A DNA stretch of 40,296 bases from Macrostomum lignano (GCA_002269645.1 NIVC01004625.1:1-40296), one strand, 5' to 3'. Numbered from the stretch's first letter, positions 22,276 to 34,618 are shown. The notes: generated from the letters alone by a model not told the origin. Numbers and translations: made by a program.

Positions 22276-22460
22276 CGTTCAAACTCGGCATCGTCCAGCT
22301 GCAGCAGCGAGATGAGGTACCGAGAGTACACAGCCGGATCAATGCCCCGCATATCCAACTGAGCTTCAAGCCAGCCAAACAGCCGCTGAGTTGAGGGGCC
22401 GGGAAGCCGACGACTGTGCAGAGCGGAGCCATAGCGCACGATGGCTGTGCCCCTGCCCAT
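22276..22460 (-). CDS. PWI-like/CCCH gene, coding exon 1 (CCDC43-like N-terminus). Start codon uncertain.
   Basis: LFGWLEAQLDMRGIDPAVYSRYLISLLQ resembles the human CCDC43 N-terminus as recalled ([28 protein letters not shown]). Perfect donor CG|GTAAGT after 22276, phase 2. Confidence 0.7.
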
Positions 22461-23899
22461 CCTGCCTGCCAGCTTGCACTCCAATTGCTGCGTGCTTGCC
22501 TTATGAGAAATAGTATTGACCGTTGCTAGTAGGCCGACTCAATAGTCTTATTGTGATCAGTCAGTTATTATAGAGAAAAACTATCGTAATAAACTTGTTA
22601 AGTTAGATTGGAATTAGGAAGAATTTACTAAGCTATAAAAGTAAATCAGATGACAAATGAAACAATGATGAAGATTTATAAAATGATAGATGAAAAAAGT
22701 TGACGAATTTGATATGATAAAACAGACAGACAGACAGGCAGACAGACAGACAGGCACACAATTTGTAATTGTTCTTTTAGATGTCAATTTCAGCCAATAG
22801 GAGCGCCCCGCCTGCTAGCACAGCAGGACTGCCGCAAATAACATTTATTGCCTCATTGCAGTGTTGTCAAGCGCCAAGCTGGGGTGGCCAGAGTAACCCT
22901 GATCAGGTTTGCAATGAATAGTCTGCAAGTTGGTAACAGCAATTTTAACCCTGATTAACTTGAATAATGCAATAAAATGCATTAATTAACACAATGATTT
23001 AAAAACCATTAGAAGCTGGTAAATAGCTGGTAACCATTAGATGGTAAATAGCACTATGATTCTCATGCTAAAAATTCCAGATCTTAGGTTAATACAAGTT
23101 GAACCAAATAAATTGGCCCAGAAAAATAGTCAATACCTAATCAAACTTAGTACTGCCTTTTTCTGCTAAAGGTCTCTATTTATGGGATTCATCGAATAGA
23201 ACAACAGGGACTAATTCATTGAGTCTAAAGTTGATGGTCAAATAAGAGAGGTCTACTATTAGATACCAATAATTTTATCTTAAATGCATTTAAATTAATT
23301 TGAATACAGGTTTGTGGTAACTCATTGATTACAATTACTGCAAAGGATATTCAAATTGCAAGCCTTTTGTTTTTGAGATTTCTGTTTTTTCAGTTTGCTG
23401 ATATTAATCTATTGCTAGCTAAAGCATAAGTGTAAGCATATTAGTCAGAACTCAGAAGGCCTACATGGCCAACAAAAGGTTGTGCATACCCCAAAATCAG
23501 TCTATGTTTCAACACAACACAAGTCATAAAAATAATGAATTGATAACTTGTAATTAGTTTTCTAATTCTAAAATTATAGAACTTCATATATATTATTTAA
23601 ATAGAAAGGTGCAAATTGACTATAACTAGGCCTATAGCATCTTAAATTGGTCAAGAATTGCAGTCTCTAGAGCATTATAGATAAACATACAAACCTTAGA
23701 GATTTAGTATATTTAGATTAATTAATTAATTAATATCTATTATCTAGGTCTAATCATGAATAAAGAATCATGCTTAATTTTATAGGCCTAGTTTAATACC
23801 ATAGTCTAGATAGAGCTAATGTCATTTATATTAAAAGTTTATAATTATAAAATGAACTTGAATTTAGGATTAGAAGAGGTAATTCGCCTTTTAGACCAA

Positions 23900-24344
23900 T
23901 TATTTCTATGATCAATATAACCAAATATGAAATAAGAAGCTTATACCTTTTCTAGACATTCATATCAATCTTGAAAGTGATTGTATGTCTACTAAAGTTT
24001 GTTATAAACCTACCTACACTAGTCTTCTATTAAACTTCAATGCCAAGCCTAATGGAAAGTGGGTCTGCTGCATAATGTGTTCCATTGGGCTTTTGAAATC
24101 TATACAAGTTTTCACAAAGAAGTCTACTTAATCAGCACCTTTTTTGCCAAAAACAACTACCCAAAGCAGTTCCTTAATTATCACATTAAGAGATTCTATA
24201 AGAGGACAGTTGGGAATCAGAACAATAGACAGAAAAAGAGAAAGAAAAAGAAGGATATCTGATGACTGATTGCCAGAAGTCTTCTTCTCTTCTATGGGTC
24301 TGTTTCTCTGCATTTTAAAAAGAACCTATCAAAGTATTTAATAA
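23900..24344 (+). mobile_element. Degenerate Penelope-like element (RT thumb and linker fragment)
   Basis: Frame from 23943 reads IPFLDIHINLESDCMSTKVCYKPTYTSLLLNFNA (PLE motif LPFLDV...T.VYRKPT). After a frameshift it reads FEIYTSFHKEVYLISTFFAKNNYPKQF (PLE K/NGYP motif), then FYGSVSLHFKKNLSKYL. Confidence 0.7.
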
Positions 24345-25875
24345 TGTCATATGTTAGTGCGCAAGCTCTAATCATCTAATGTTCATACTGTATATCCAAG
24401 TATATTTTTTGTCTATGGTCTTTATTTTAAGAACAGCGGCCTACCAAATATATACTCTTATGCAAACAATGGACCATGGCTAGCAAGTACTTAGTCAGAA
24501 GCACCCTCATTCTACATTGCATAGTCTCATCGGCCATAACTCAACAGTGGTGACGAGGATGGGATCCATTGGTAGAATCTCTGCACTCATGGAAAACTCT
24601 AATGTAAATGTCTACCTAGAGAGGTTTAACCAATTCCTCAAATACAAGATCAAAGATGAGGCAAAGGTTGCAATGCTTGTGACTACCATTGGAGAAGAGG
24701 CATACAAAGTGCTCTGCAATCTGTGCCAGCCCAATGCTGTGTCTTCAAGGTCATACAAAGATCTGGTGAAACTTCTAAAAGAGCACTATGCTCCAAAGAC
24801 TTGTATGCTCTTGGCAAGATTTCGGTTCCAGCAGAGCTTTGCTGACTTTATTTCCAGTCTCAAGGCCACATCAGAGCACTGTAAACTTGGCATGGCTGAT
24901 CAAATAAAAGAGGCTGAGGGATCAACTTGTCTTTGGTCTTTGCAGCAACTCTCACTGTGCCAAGCTTTTAGAAATAGAAAAGCCAGACCTTCAAGCTTTG
25001 ATTTACAAGGTCAATGCTCTTGAAGCAGCTGAGATGAACTCTACTGAGATGGCGCATAAAGCGGAACTGGTGGCTTACCTGCAGTCCTCCAAGAAGCCGG
25101 CATCCAAGGTCAGCAAAAATAGTCAAGAGTCTCCAGCTAGCATCAACCAGGCAAGTTGGGCAGCGGGAGTATGTGCTATCTGTGGTAGTGCCCACAGTCG
25201 GCAGCAATGCAAACCTCGCAGGGCTAAGTGCCACAACTGTGGCAAGGTTGGCCATATCTGGAAGGTGTGCAGATCCTCTAAGCTGCACAAGATGGATACA
25301 GAGATGGCTGAGCTGCAGGAGCCCATCTTCAGCATTCGCCCAAATGGATCGAGCAAGGGACTGAGAGTCAAGTTGCTGCTGCAAGGCCAGCCATGTTGTT
25401 TTGAGGTGGACACTGGGTCCACCCTCACCATCATCCCAAAAGCAATTCAGAAGAAGGTGCTGCCTGGACTTTGCCTGTCGCCAACTTCCACAGTGCTTGG
25501 AACCTACACTGGCAAGAGCTTCCAGCCAGTTGGTCAGGCAGACATCACCATCTAGCACAACAGCCAGGGTTGGCAACTGATGCTATTGGTGGTCAAGCTG
25601 AAGCGTAGCAACCTTGCACTGCTCAGCCATGATTGGCTGATAGAGCTGAAGCTAGACTGGTAGACTGGCCAAACATCCTTAGTCAAGTCAACTCAGTGGC
25701 TAGTGAAGCTGGCGACCTGTTACCACAGTTCCCCGAGGTCTTCCAAGGTGGCTTGGGCACCTATCAGTATGGGAAAGTCATGCTACACATGCCAGTAGAG
25801 GCCAAGCTGTGCTTCTTTAAGGCCAGACTGGTTCCCTATGCTCTCAGGCATCCCATTGACAAGGAGCTGCGATGG
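24345..25875 (+). mobile_element. Truncated, decayed Ty3/gypsy LTR retrotransposon (Mag-like): putative 5' LTR, PBS, gag, protease and RT start
   Basis: Putative LTR TGTCAT...CAACA at 24345-24546. Gag YLERFNQF...EHYAPK...ARFRF. Double knuckle CAICGSAH...C / CHNCGKVGHIWKVC. Protease FEVDTGST. RT lead-in FFKARLVPYAL. Several frameshifts and stops; no YXDD, integrase or 3' LTR seen. Confidence 0.85.
24548..24565 (+). promoter_or_regulatory. Primer binding site complementary to the tRNA-Ser(GCT) 3' end
   Basis: TGGTGACGAGGATGGGAT vs expected TGGCGACGAGGATGGGAT (17/18, against the metazoan tRNA-Ser-GCT 3' end as recalled). Located 1 nt after the putative LTR end CA. Confidence 0.7.
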
Positions 25876-27525
25876 AATCCATCTTTTTGAGGGAAAACGG
25901 TATTTAAATTTGAAGTTTTTTGGTGACTACCATTATAAGAAAATTGGTACATTTATTTAAAAAATTGAAATGCTATGTTTATAGCTATTTATAAGTAAGT
26001 GTCATTATCCCTTTACTAATTTTAATGCTTCTAATAAAAACATTAAAGTAAAAATATAGATAAAACTAACCAACACCTATATAGTATATATGAGCTAGGC
26101 CCTATACTATAGTCAAGATAGTTTTTTCAAGGAAAATTCCAATACAAAAAGATGTTAAATATGAATAATGCTAGTGTAGAGCATTCTGGTACATACATGC
26201 GCAACTGCTGGCCGACCTGGCCGATCTGGCCACCATAAATTGTGGTGGACCAGGAGTAAGTTGCAAAAATGCCACCCCAAAGAATACAAATGTAGTACTA
26301 ATTAGATGCCGAGGCATTTAGGCCTAATAAGACAGTCATAGTTACTCCTTACCCAAAACTGCGTTAATTTTGCTTTAGGGTTTCTTTCACAAGTAAGTTG
26401 CATTTTTGGTCAAAAAGTAAGTTGCATGGCCAGTGTAAATCAGGGAGGTTGCACATGTATGTTCTGGTATAATAATAGGCCTAGGCAGAGGAGAATCTGA
26501 TATAATATAGCATAAGACAAAAAATCTAGCAAGACAATATTTTAGTAGAAAAATAGCCATTTTTGTTTGCTAGTATATTGATAGCAATTTCAAGTAAAAT
26601 ATGTTAATTCAATTAATACATAAATCAAATCAAATATGTTCAATTAAAATACATTTAAAACATTGTATTTTCTATGCAACAGATTCAAATACAAGTTTCA
26701 ACCAATATTTTTAAATGGAAAATATTGATTTGTGTTGTTGCATTCTTTTGCAACCAAAGTTTTGGCATATAACATGGCACAAGCAAACTTATTTGATAGG
26801 ACTAGGCTTAGGCTAGGCTAGTTCTAGCATATAGTGCAATCAAACTTTTGGCATTCCTTTGGTTTACATTTATCCCAAACAGTGACAATCACCTTAAATA
26901 ATGACGATCACTACAAAAAACAGTTGTAAGACATAAAATCCATAGTTTACAATAAAACAAAATCAAATGTTAGATGGTAAGATTGTTGTAGCACCTTATA
27001 TTTCACCTTCAGTTTATGATCACCCAAACATATATTGCCAATTAAAATGATTGCAAACTGAAACTGGCTATAAGAAAGTATACTAAGGGTTGACATACTT
27101 TCCTACAGCTAGCTTTGGTTCACGATCATTTCAACGGAGTGCATGTATAAAAGTGATCCTAAACCAAAAGTGAAGAGGGATACAGCACTAAAGATTAATT
27201 ATACTAAGCTAGGGTTGACATGCTTTTCCTATAGCCAGCTTTGGTTCACAATCATTTCAATGGGCAATATACATTTGGGCAATTGTTAACCAAAGGTGAA
27301 ATTTAAGGTGCTATGACAATCTTACTATTGTTTAAAATAAACTTTCTTTTGAAATATATAAGCTACTAGTGAACCAATATACAATCCTTTCAATTTCAAA
27401 TAAACAAAGTTAGGCCTAGGGCCTAGTTGATCAGCCAACTTTTGCTGTCTTTTCATTTGAAACTACTGTTGGTTTTTTGTCTTAGTTTTGAACATGCCAT
27501 TTTTGCCCTGCAGTAAGCAAAAAAT

Positions 27526-28664
27526 TAGTGTTCCGCCACCGCGAGTTTTGACCTCCGTAACCGTAACCGTAGCCATAAGAAAGAAGCAACTTCCGTAGCC
27601 AAATTTTGCCGTCATTACGGGCTAAAAAAGTCCATAACCGTAATTTGCCATAACCGTGGCCGTTATGTATAACAAAAATTGATATTTTTGCATGAAAAGT
27701 GGGGCAGACAGAAAAGGACAGATAAAAAGGATAAAAGGATAGCAATAAAACCTACTTGTTGTTTGTTCATGCATTAATATTCATTTATTTTTTCATAAAT
27801 ATAATATCTTTATCTAAGTATTCTTTAGCATTGTTGTATGCAATTGTGTGCTTGGTGCCTTTTTCAGTTTTCTATGTTGTGATTCTGTTTTGTTTTGCTA
27901 CAATATGAATATATGATTGATGTGCCAAGGTCAATGTGTATGTTTAATATCATTAAATAAATATATGAATTTGTTCAAATAAAACTGCTTCAAAATTTCC
28001 GATGACTAAGAAATTGCATGTTACATTTTTTCTTTTTCATTTTATTGCATTGTCTATTGTATTGTCTTCTTTGGTTTCAATCAATTTTCAATCATAATTC
28101 ATATTCTTATCCTATTAGTATTTATTTAGTATTTCCTTATTAATATTCTTTCATCCTTATCCTCATAATCTAAATCTAATATCCTATTTTTATGCTAAGG
28201 AGCTAAATGCTACATATGGCTAAGAAATAAGAATGCCAGATTCTTAGTCTCTTGTAGGCTTTGACTGGCTCTCTCTGTCTCGCTGCTATCATGCTATCGC
28301 TATGCTATGCCATGCCATATGCCTAATGAGAAAATTCGTGAAAAAAATTGTTTTTCATTTTCAAAAAGTTTTGTAGATATTTAGAAACTTAACAAATGTA
28401 AAAAATAATAATAACTAGTAAAACAAAATGAAAACTGGTTGAAGTTGATATAAAAAAATTCTTTTATAACACTAAACAGTTAAAAATAAATAATTTTTGT
28501 TACGGCTACCAATTATGGCAAGTCTAGAAAAATCTCCGTAATCCGTAACCGTAACCGTAAGCTCAAAATATGTCCGAAACCATAATCCGTAATGAAAATA
28601 CGGCTTCAAAAGTGTCGTAGCCGTAATTTACTGTAGCCATAGCCGTAATTATGGCGGAACACTA
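27526..28664. mobile_element. Non-autonomous hAT DNA transposon
   Basis: Perfect 13-bp TIR TAGTGTTCCGCCA / TGGCGGAACACTA. Perfect 8-bp TSD CAAAAAAT at 27518-27525 and 28665-28672. Subterminal clusters of CCGTAA/CCGTAG/CCATAA. No transposase ORF. Confidence 0.9.
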
Positions 28665-29842
28665 CAAAAAATAAGGTGATTATAAACTGAAACTAGCAAA
28701 ATAGATGGTGATTGTGAACCAAAAGATTGCCAAACTTTTTTGATAAGATTTGTTGTACTATAGTCATGCCATGATATTGACTAGAGGCCTATGGTATATA
28801 AGAAATAGAGAACCTAGGCAAAAGATGTCAGTGAGGCCTATGTACAACTAGGGGGTTACCTGATAATATACAAAGAATGGTAGGCCTAGAGCCTATATAA
28901 TAGGTAAATTGATAAAAAAATTCCATTAGGGCCTAGAGCCTTGGGCCTAGGGCCTATCTATATCAAATCCATAGATGTTCAAATGAGTATGTTCAAATGT
29001 TCAAATACTATGATCTATGCATGGTCTATGCTAGGCCTACATAGGCCTAGGCCTATTTTTTGTAAAAAATGGGTAAATGCAGAGTCATATGGCATGGCAC
29101 CTATTCTACAATCAAGTAGGAGTAGAACATATAGGCCTAGATCTGATTAGATCATAGAAGACAGAAGCTATATGTCATGTCCAATGTCCCATAGGCCATA
29201 GGGTTTACAGTGCAGATGGTAATATGGTAACGCAGTAGCATAAGAATATAAGAAAATAAAGTGTTGTGTTGGCAGTTCTGGATAAGCAGTTAGCCAGTTA
29301 AGCATAGCCTTAGATTGCTGTTTGCAATGCATTTTTAAAATTTACAAAAAAATTAGGCACAAACTTTCAATTAGGCCCATGCTTGTGTAGTTTGACAATA
29401 GTCTTTAAATAAATAAAGCTAAAGTAATTGCAATTGCTTTAGGTCTAGGCCTATAATTTTTGGAAGTTGAAGGCTTCGAGCAACGAAACGTAAACTTCAT
29501 ACAGTTATTATTCAGCGTTTTAAAGCGGCGCTTTTTTCTTCTGCAGTTAACCTATTTTAAAATTGAGTTCGCTTAAAAATAGAATTGTAACAATCTAATA
29601 CACTGTTTTGATTGGCGCAAGAGTTTCGCTTGTAATAAAATAATCTGTTTTTATTTCAAATTTTTTAAAATTTAAAAACTTTGCTGACTTTTAATGACAA
29701 TATCGTCTACCTTTTGTTATATCTCATTAACTTTAAACTTAGTACTCTTTTTAACTGACTTGTAAATTCATTTACATGTATACAGTAGAAGTATAATAAC
29801 TGTGCGCTACAATTGCTCATTATATAGTGACAATGACAGTCA

Positions 29843-30316
29843 CAAAGGCGTCGCCATGGATTTTATGGTGAGGGGGGACAAAGCCGAGAATTCTACATGT
29901 ACATGTAACATGACTAAAATTCATACATGTGTATTTCCGAATCGGTGTTGTCGTCATCGATCATTTTGGTGCCGCAGGCACTCATTTTAGCGCCGCACCC
30001 ACTATTTCAGCGCGGCACTCATTTTAGCGCCGCACCCACTATTTCAGCGCGGCACTCATTTTAGCGCCGCAGGCACGCGAATTTTAACGCCGCAGGCACT
30101 CATTTCGGTGCTGCAGGCACTCATTTTGGTGCTGCAGGCGCTATATATGTTTGCCGCTCTGAAGCAAAAGTATTGATTTCCATAATGATGGGTCAAGAAG
30201 GTGAGGTGGGGGGAGGGACAAATTAAAATAAAGCATTGGCATATTCCCCATATGTTTTTACTGGGGGGGGGGACATGTCTCCCCTGCCCCCCCGCGGTGG
30301 CGACGCCCGGCCCCTG
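29843..30316 (-). mobile_element. MITE-like element, copy 2 (inverted relative to copy 1)
   Basis: TIR-like ends CAAAGGCGTCGCCA and TGGCGACGCCCGGCCCCTG. Shares the GGGGACATGTC block, the CACTCATTTTAGCGCC repeats and the GAATTCTACATGTACATG block with 4112-4458. Confidence 0.72.
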
Positions 30317-31585
30317 CATGGACAGCCATCAAAGTCAGCAGATGCATGTGTAAATCCAGTGCAATAATTAACTCTCGTGGAAGCAGCAGTGCCAGCATAT
30401 GATGATTTTATTTTTCTGCTCTATACTACTGCAGGTATTCCCGGCACAAATCAAGGAGTACTCAAGGCCTACTCAATATTTCGGTAAAACCAGGACCTCC
30501 AGCAAAATTTTCAGGATTTTCAGGATTTTCAAGTTATAGTTTTCTACAGCATGCAATGCAATCATGATGATGGTAGTAATTTGGTAAATACCTGTACTTC
30601 AAAAGTAAAAATGAGCTGTTCATAAAAAGTGTTTTTATACAGTATAGCGAATAATAAATAATTAAGCTTACATTACTTCACGAGCTGAGGTAAAATCACA
30701 CAAAACTTACTTGAAATTCTGTACGTGACGTCTGCGTAGATTTATAAGTTTCAAAATGTTGCTTAAGTCAGGTATATACAGCGTAATTAACCACTGCAGT
30801 TACACTTGCAGCAGGCAGCAGTAGATCTACTGTAAAGCCGAAGTTTATTTTTATAAAAAGTCGTCCTTTTTATATTTAGACTTTATACATCTGTAGCAGT
30901 TTTTTGTAAGCCCTTGCGCCGTACCCATAGAGTGTTGCCCAGCAGGTGCATCACAGCTCTCAGAACACTGCCCTATATTCATATATGACGAGTGTAACTC
31001 TTACTTGTACAGTATAGAAAGACTGCCGCAGACACTGTACTGGGACAAGTAAAATACTGTTATATAGGCTCTTTCGGTTTACAACATCGTCCATATATGC
31101 AGTGGATGTACTACGATGTACATGTACAGTTGTACAACTCAACTGTCACGATAAAAATATGTACCCAATGATGATGCATGGAGACTGGCCGAGATGCAGA
31201 GAATTACATTTGAGAAGAATGAGGCAACACAGTACGTAATACAATTGGTGGAGCAATGTCTATTCAGAAGGAACCAAAAACTTCTAGCTCAGAAAGCAGT
31301 CTGGTGGATGGGTGGTATATACATAGCACAGACGTTTCGTACTGCAAATATCTGACGAAATGGGTGGCGGGTTAATATTAAAAATTAAGTTAGCTAGATG
31401 CTATGCTTTACACTATACTCAGAAATACGCCCACACACTCCCGCTTTACAAATTGGCATGCCGCAACTCATATATGCCTCGGTTGAACAATGAGGGTATA
31501 TATGCACAGCACAGTGTTAATAAAAAGACACCATATAAGTATAAAGGCCCTGCATCATTTTTTAACTCATTCACAAGTTAAAAAG

Positions 31586-33945
31586 AGGCGCCAATAAAAA
31601 TTTGAGAGGTGCCAGGCACTGCCAGTAGTCTAGACCTGAGAGAGGCGCCAATATAGACCTGAGAGAGGCGCCAATATAGACCTGAGAGAGGCGCTAATAT
31701 AGACCTGAGAGAGGCGCTCATATATAGACCTGAGAGAGGTGCCAATCTAGACCTGAGAGAGGCGCCAATCTAAATGTGAGAGAGGCGCCAATATAGATAA
31801 GAGAGAGGCGCCAATCTAGATCTGAGAGAGGCGCCAATCTAGACCTGAGAGAGGCGCCAATCTAAATGTGAGAGAGGCGCCAATATAGATAAGAGAGAGG
31901 CGCCAATCTAGATCTGAGAGAGGCGCCAATCTAAATGTGAGAGAGGCGCCAATATAGATAAGAGAGAGGCGCCAGTCTAGATCTGAGAGAGTCGCCAATA
32001 TATCTAGGTCTGAGAGAGGCACCAATATATCTAGGTCTGAGAGAGGCGCCAGTCTAGATCTGAGGGGGCGCCAATCTAGATCTGAGAGAGGCGCCAATCT
32101 AGATGTGAGAGAGGTGCCAATATATCTAGATCTGAGAGAGGCGCCAATATATCTAGGTCTGACAGAGGCGCCAATATATCTAGGTCTGACAGAGGCGCCA
32201 ATATATCTAGGTCTGAGAGAGGCACCAATATATCTAGATCTGAGAGAGGCGCCAATCTAGACCTGAGAGAGGTGCCAATCTAGACCTGAGAGAGGCGCCA
32301 ATCTAAATGTGAGAGAGGCGCCAATATAGATAAGAGAGAGGCCCAGTCTAGATCTGAGAGAGGCGCCAATATATCTAGGTCTGAGAGAGGCACCAATATA
32401 TCTAGACTGAGAGAGTCGCCAATATATCTAGGTCTGAGAGAGGCACCAGTCTAGATCTGAGGGGGCGCCAATCTAGATCTGAGAGAGGCGCCAGTCTAGA
32501 TCTGAGAGAGGCGCGAGTCTAGATCTGAGAGAGGCGCGAGTCTAGATCTGAGAGAGGCGCGAGTCTACATCTGAGAGAGGCGCCAATCTAGATCTGAGAG
32601 AGGCGCCAGTCTAGATCTGAGAGAGGCGCCAATCTAGATGTGAGAGAGGTGCCAATATATCTAGATCTGAGACAGGTGCCAGTCTAGATCTGAGAGAGGC
32701 GCCAATCTAGATCTGAGAGAGGCGCCAATCTAGATGTGAGAGAGGTGCCAATATATCTAGATCTGAGACAGGCGCCAGTCTAGATCTGAGAGAGGCGCCA
32801 ATCTAGATCTGAGAGAGGCGCCAGTCTAGATCTGAGAGAGGCGCCAATCTAGATGTGAGAGAGGCGCCAGTCTAGATCTGAGAGAGGCGCCAATCTAAAT
32901 GTGAGAGAGGCGCCAATATAGATAAGAGAGAGGCGCCAATCTAGATCTGAGAGAGGCGCCAATCTAGACCTGAGAGAGGCGCCAATCTAAATGTGAGAGA
33001 GGCGCCAATATAGATAAGAGAGAGGCGCCAATCTAGATCTGAGAGAGGCGCCAATCTAAATGTGAGAGAGGCGCCAATATAGATAAGAGAGAGGCGCCAG
33101 TCTAGATCTGAGAGAGTCGCCAATATATCTAGGTCTGAGAGAGGCACCAATATATCTAGGTCTGAGAGAGGCGCCAGTCTAGATCTGAGGGGGCGCCAAT
33201 CTAGATCTGAGAGAGGCGCCAATCTAGATGTGAGAGAGGTGCCAATATATCTAGATCTGAGAGAGGCGCCAATATATCTAGGTCTGACAGAGGCGCCAAT
33301 ATATCTAGGTCTGACAGAGGCGCCAATATATCTAGGTCTGAGAGAGGCACCAATATATCTAGATCTGAGAGAGGCGCCAATCTAGACCTGAGAGAGGTGC
33401 CAATCTAGACCTGAGAGAGGCGCCAATCTAAATGTGAGAGAGGCGCCAATATAGATAAGAGAGAGGCCCAGTCTAGATCTGAGAGAGGCGCCAATATATC
33501 TAGGTCTGAGAGAGGCACCAATATATCTAGACTGAGAGAGTCGCCAATATATCTAGGTCTGAGAGAGGCACCAGTCTAGATCTGAGGGGGCGCCAATCTA
33601 GATCTGAGAGAGGCGCCAGTCTAGATCTGAGAGAGGCGCGAGTCTAGATCTGAGAGAGGCGCGAGTCTAGATCTGAGAGAGGCGCGAGTCTACATCTGAG
33701 AGAGGCGCCAATCTAGATCTGAGAGAGGCGCCAGTCTAGATCTGAGAGAGGCGCCAATCTAGATGTGAGAGAGGTGCCAATATATCTAGATCTGAGACAG
33801 GCGCCAGTCTAGATCTGAGAGAGGCGCCAATCTAGATCTGAGAGAGGCGCCAGTCTAGATCTGAGAGAGGCGCCAATCTAGATGTGAGAGAGGCGCCAGT
33901 CTAGATCTGAGAGAGGCGCCAATCTAGATCTGAGAGGCGCCAGTC
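31586..33945. repeat. 23-bp satellite (AGATCTGAGAGAGGCGCCAATCT) with 25-27-bp variants, containing a 1125-bp near-identical duplication
   Basis: Tandem units. A rare GGCCCAGTC variant recurs at 32341 and 33466, and ORFs 31816 and 32941 are identical. Confidence 0.96.
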
Positions 33946-34420
33946 CAGCTGAAAATCGCATTTTGCAAAGCAGCAGTTAACATACTGCTGAATACCCAAT
34001 CTGCAGTACTCGTGCATATACTTATAAAGTTCCATGCACATTGTGCAGATATGATCTACACTGTATTAATAGTAACAAATTTACAAGAAATCATTCATGC
34101 AGTACATTCGCCAATTTTCAGATCTGCATTCTCTTCGATATTTTTGAATAGACAGTAAAGAAATACGGCTGACAGCACAGCATGCACCGAGAAGAGAACT
34201 TCCTCTCTTGAGCTTCCAAAAATGTGTGAGTGCAGGGTAAACTGCACATGTTTGTAACAATGAGAGAGACCATAACACCACAATGATCAAGCTACGTACT
34301 TATTTTAGACTATTTAAATCCAATACTATTTGATTATTAGGTGACTCCAGAAATTCTTTCAAGTCAGCTACAGATCTTATAAATTGAAAAAAAATCATTG
34401 TTAAGCATTGTTTATCTTCA

Positions 34421-34618
34421 ATGCACGAACGCGTAGAAATGTCCGACATGAATTTTGACACCGAGGCCGTGAGATTAGGATTAGAATTAGTGCCGGAAAA
34501 GTCCCGTGTGAATAGCACTTTCAAGTTTGCAACGATTCTATGTTCAGTTCTGATTTCATCAATAATGCTACTGATGACTGTGCTATTTTGCAGTTCACTG
34601 GTGCAACGTCATTCTAAG
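34421..34618 (+). CDS. TNF-superfamily ligand, exon 1 (cytoplasmic tail + type II transmembrane helix)
   Basis: M...KFATILCSVLISSIMLLMTVLFCSSLVQRHSK. Donor AAG|GTTAGT, phase 0. The start could be 34421 or 34439. Confidence 0.7.

Noticed and set aside
15365-22432. Repeat-derived ORFs (15365-15765, 17555-18199, 21511-22432)
   Set aside because: Stop-free translations of minisatellites, mostly intronic
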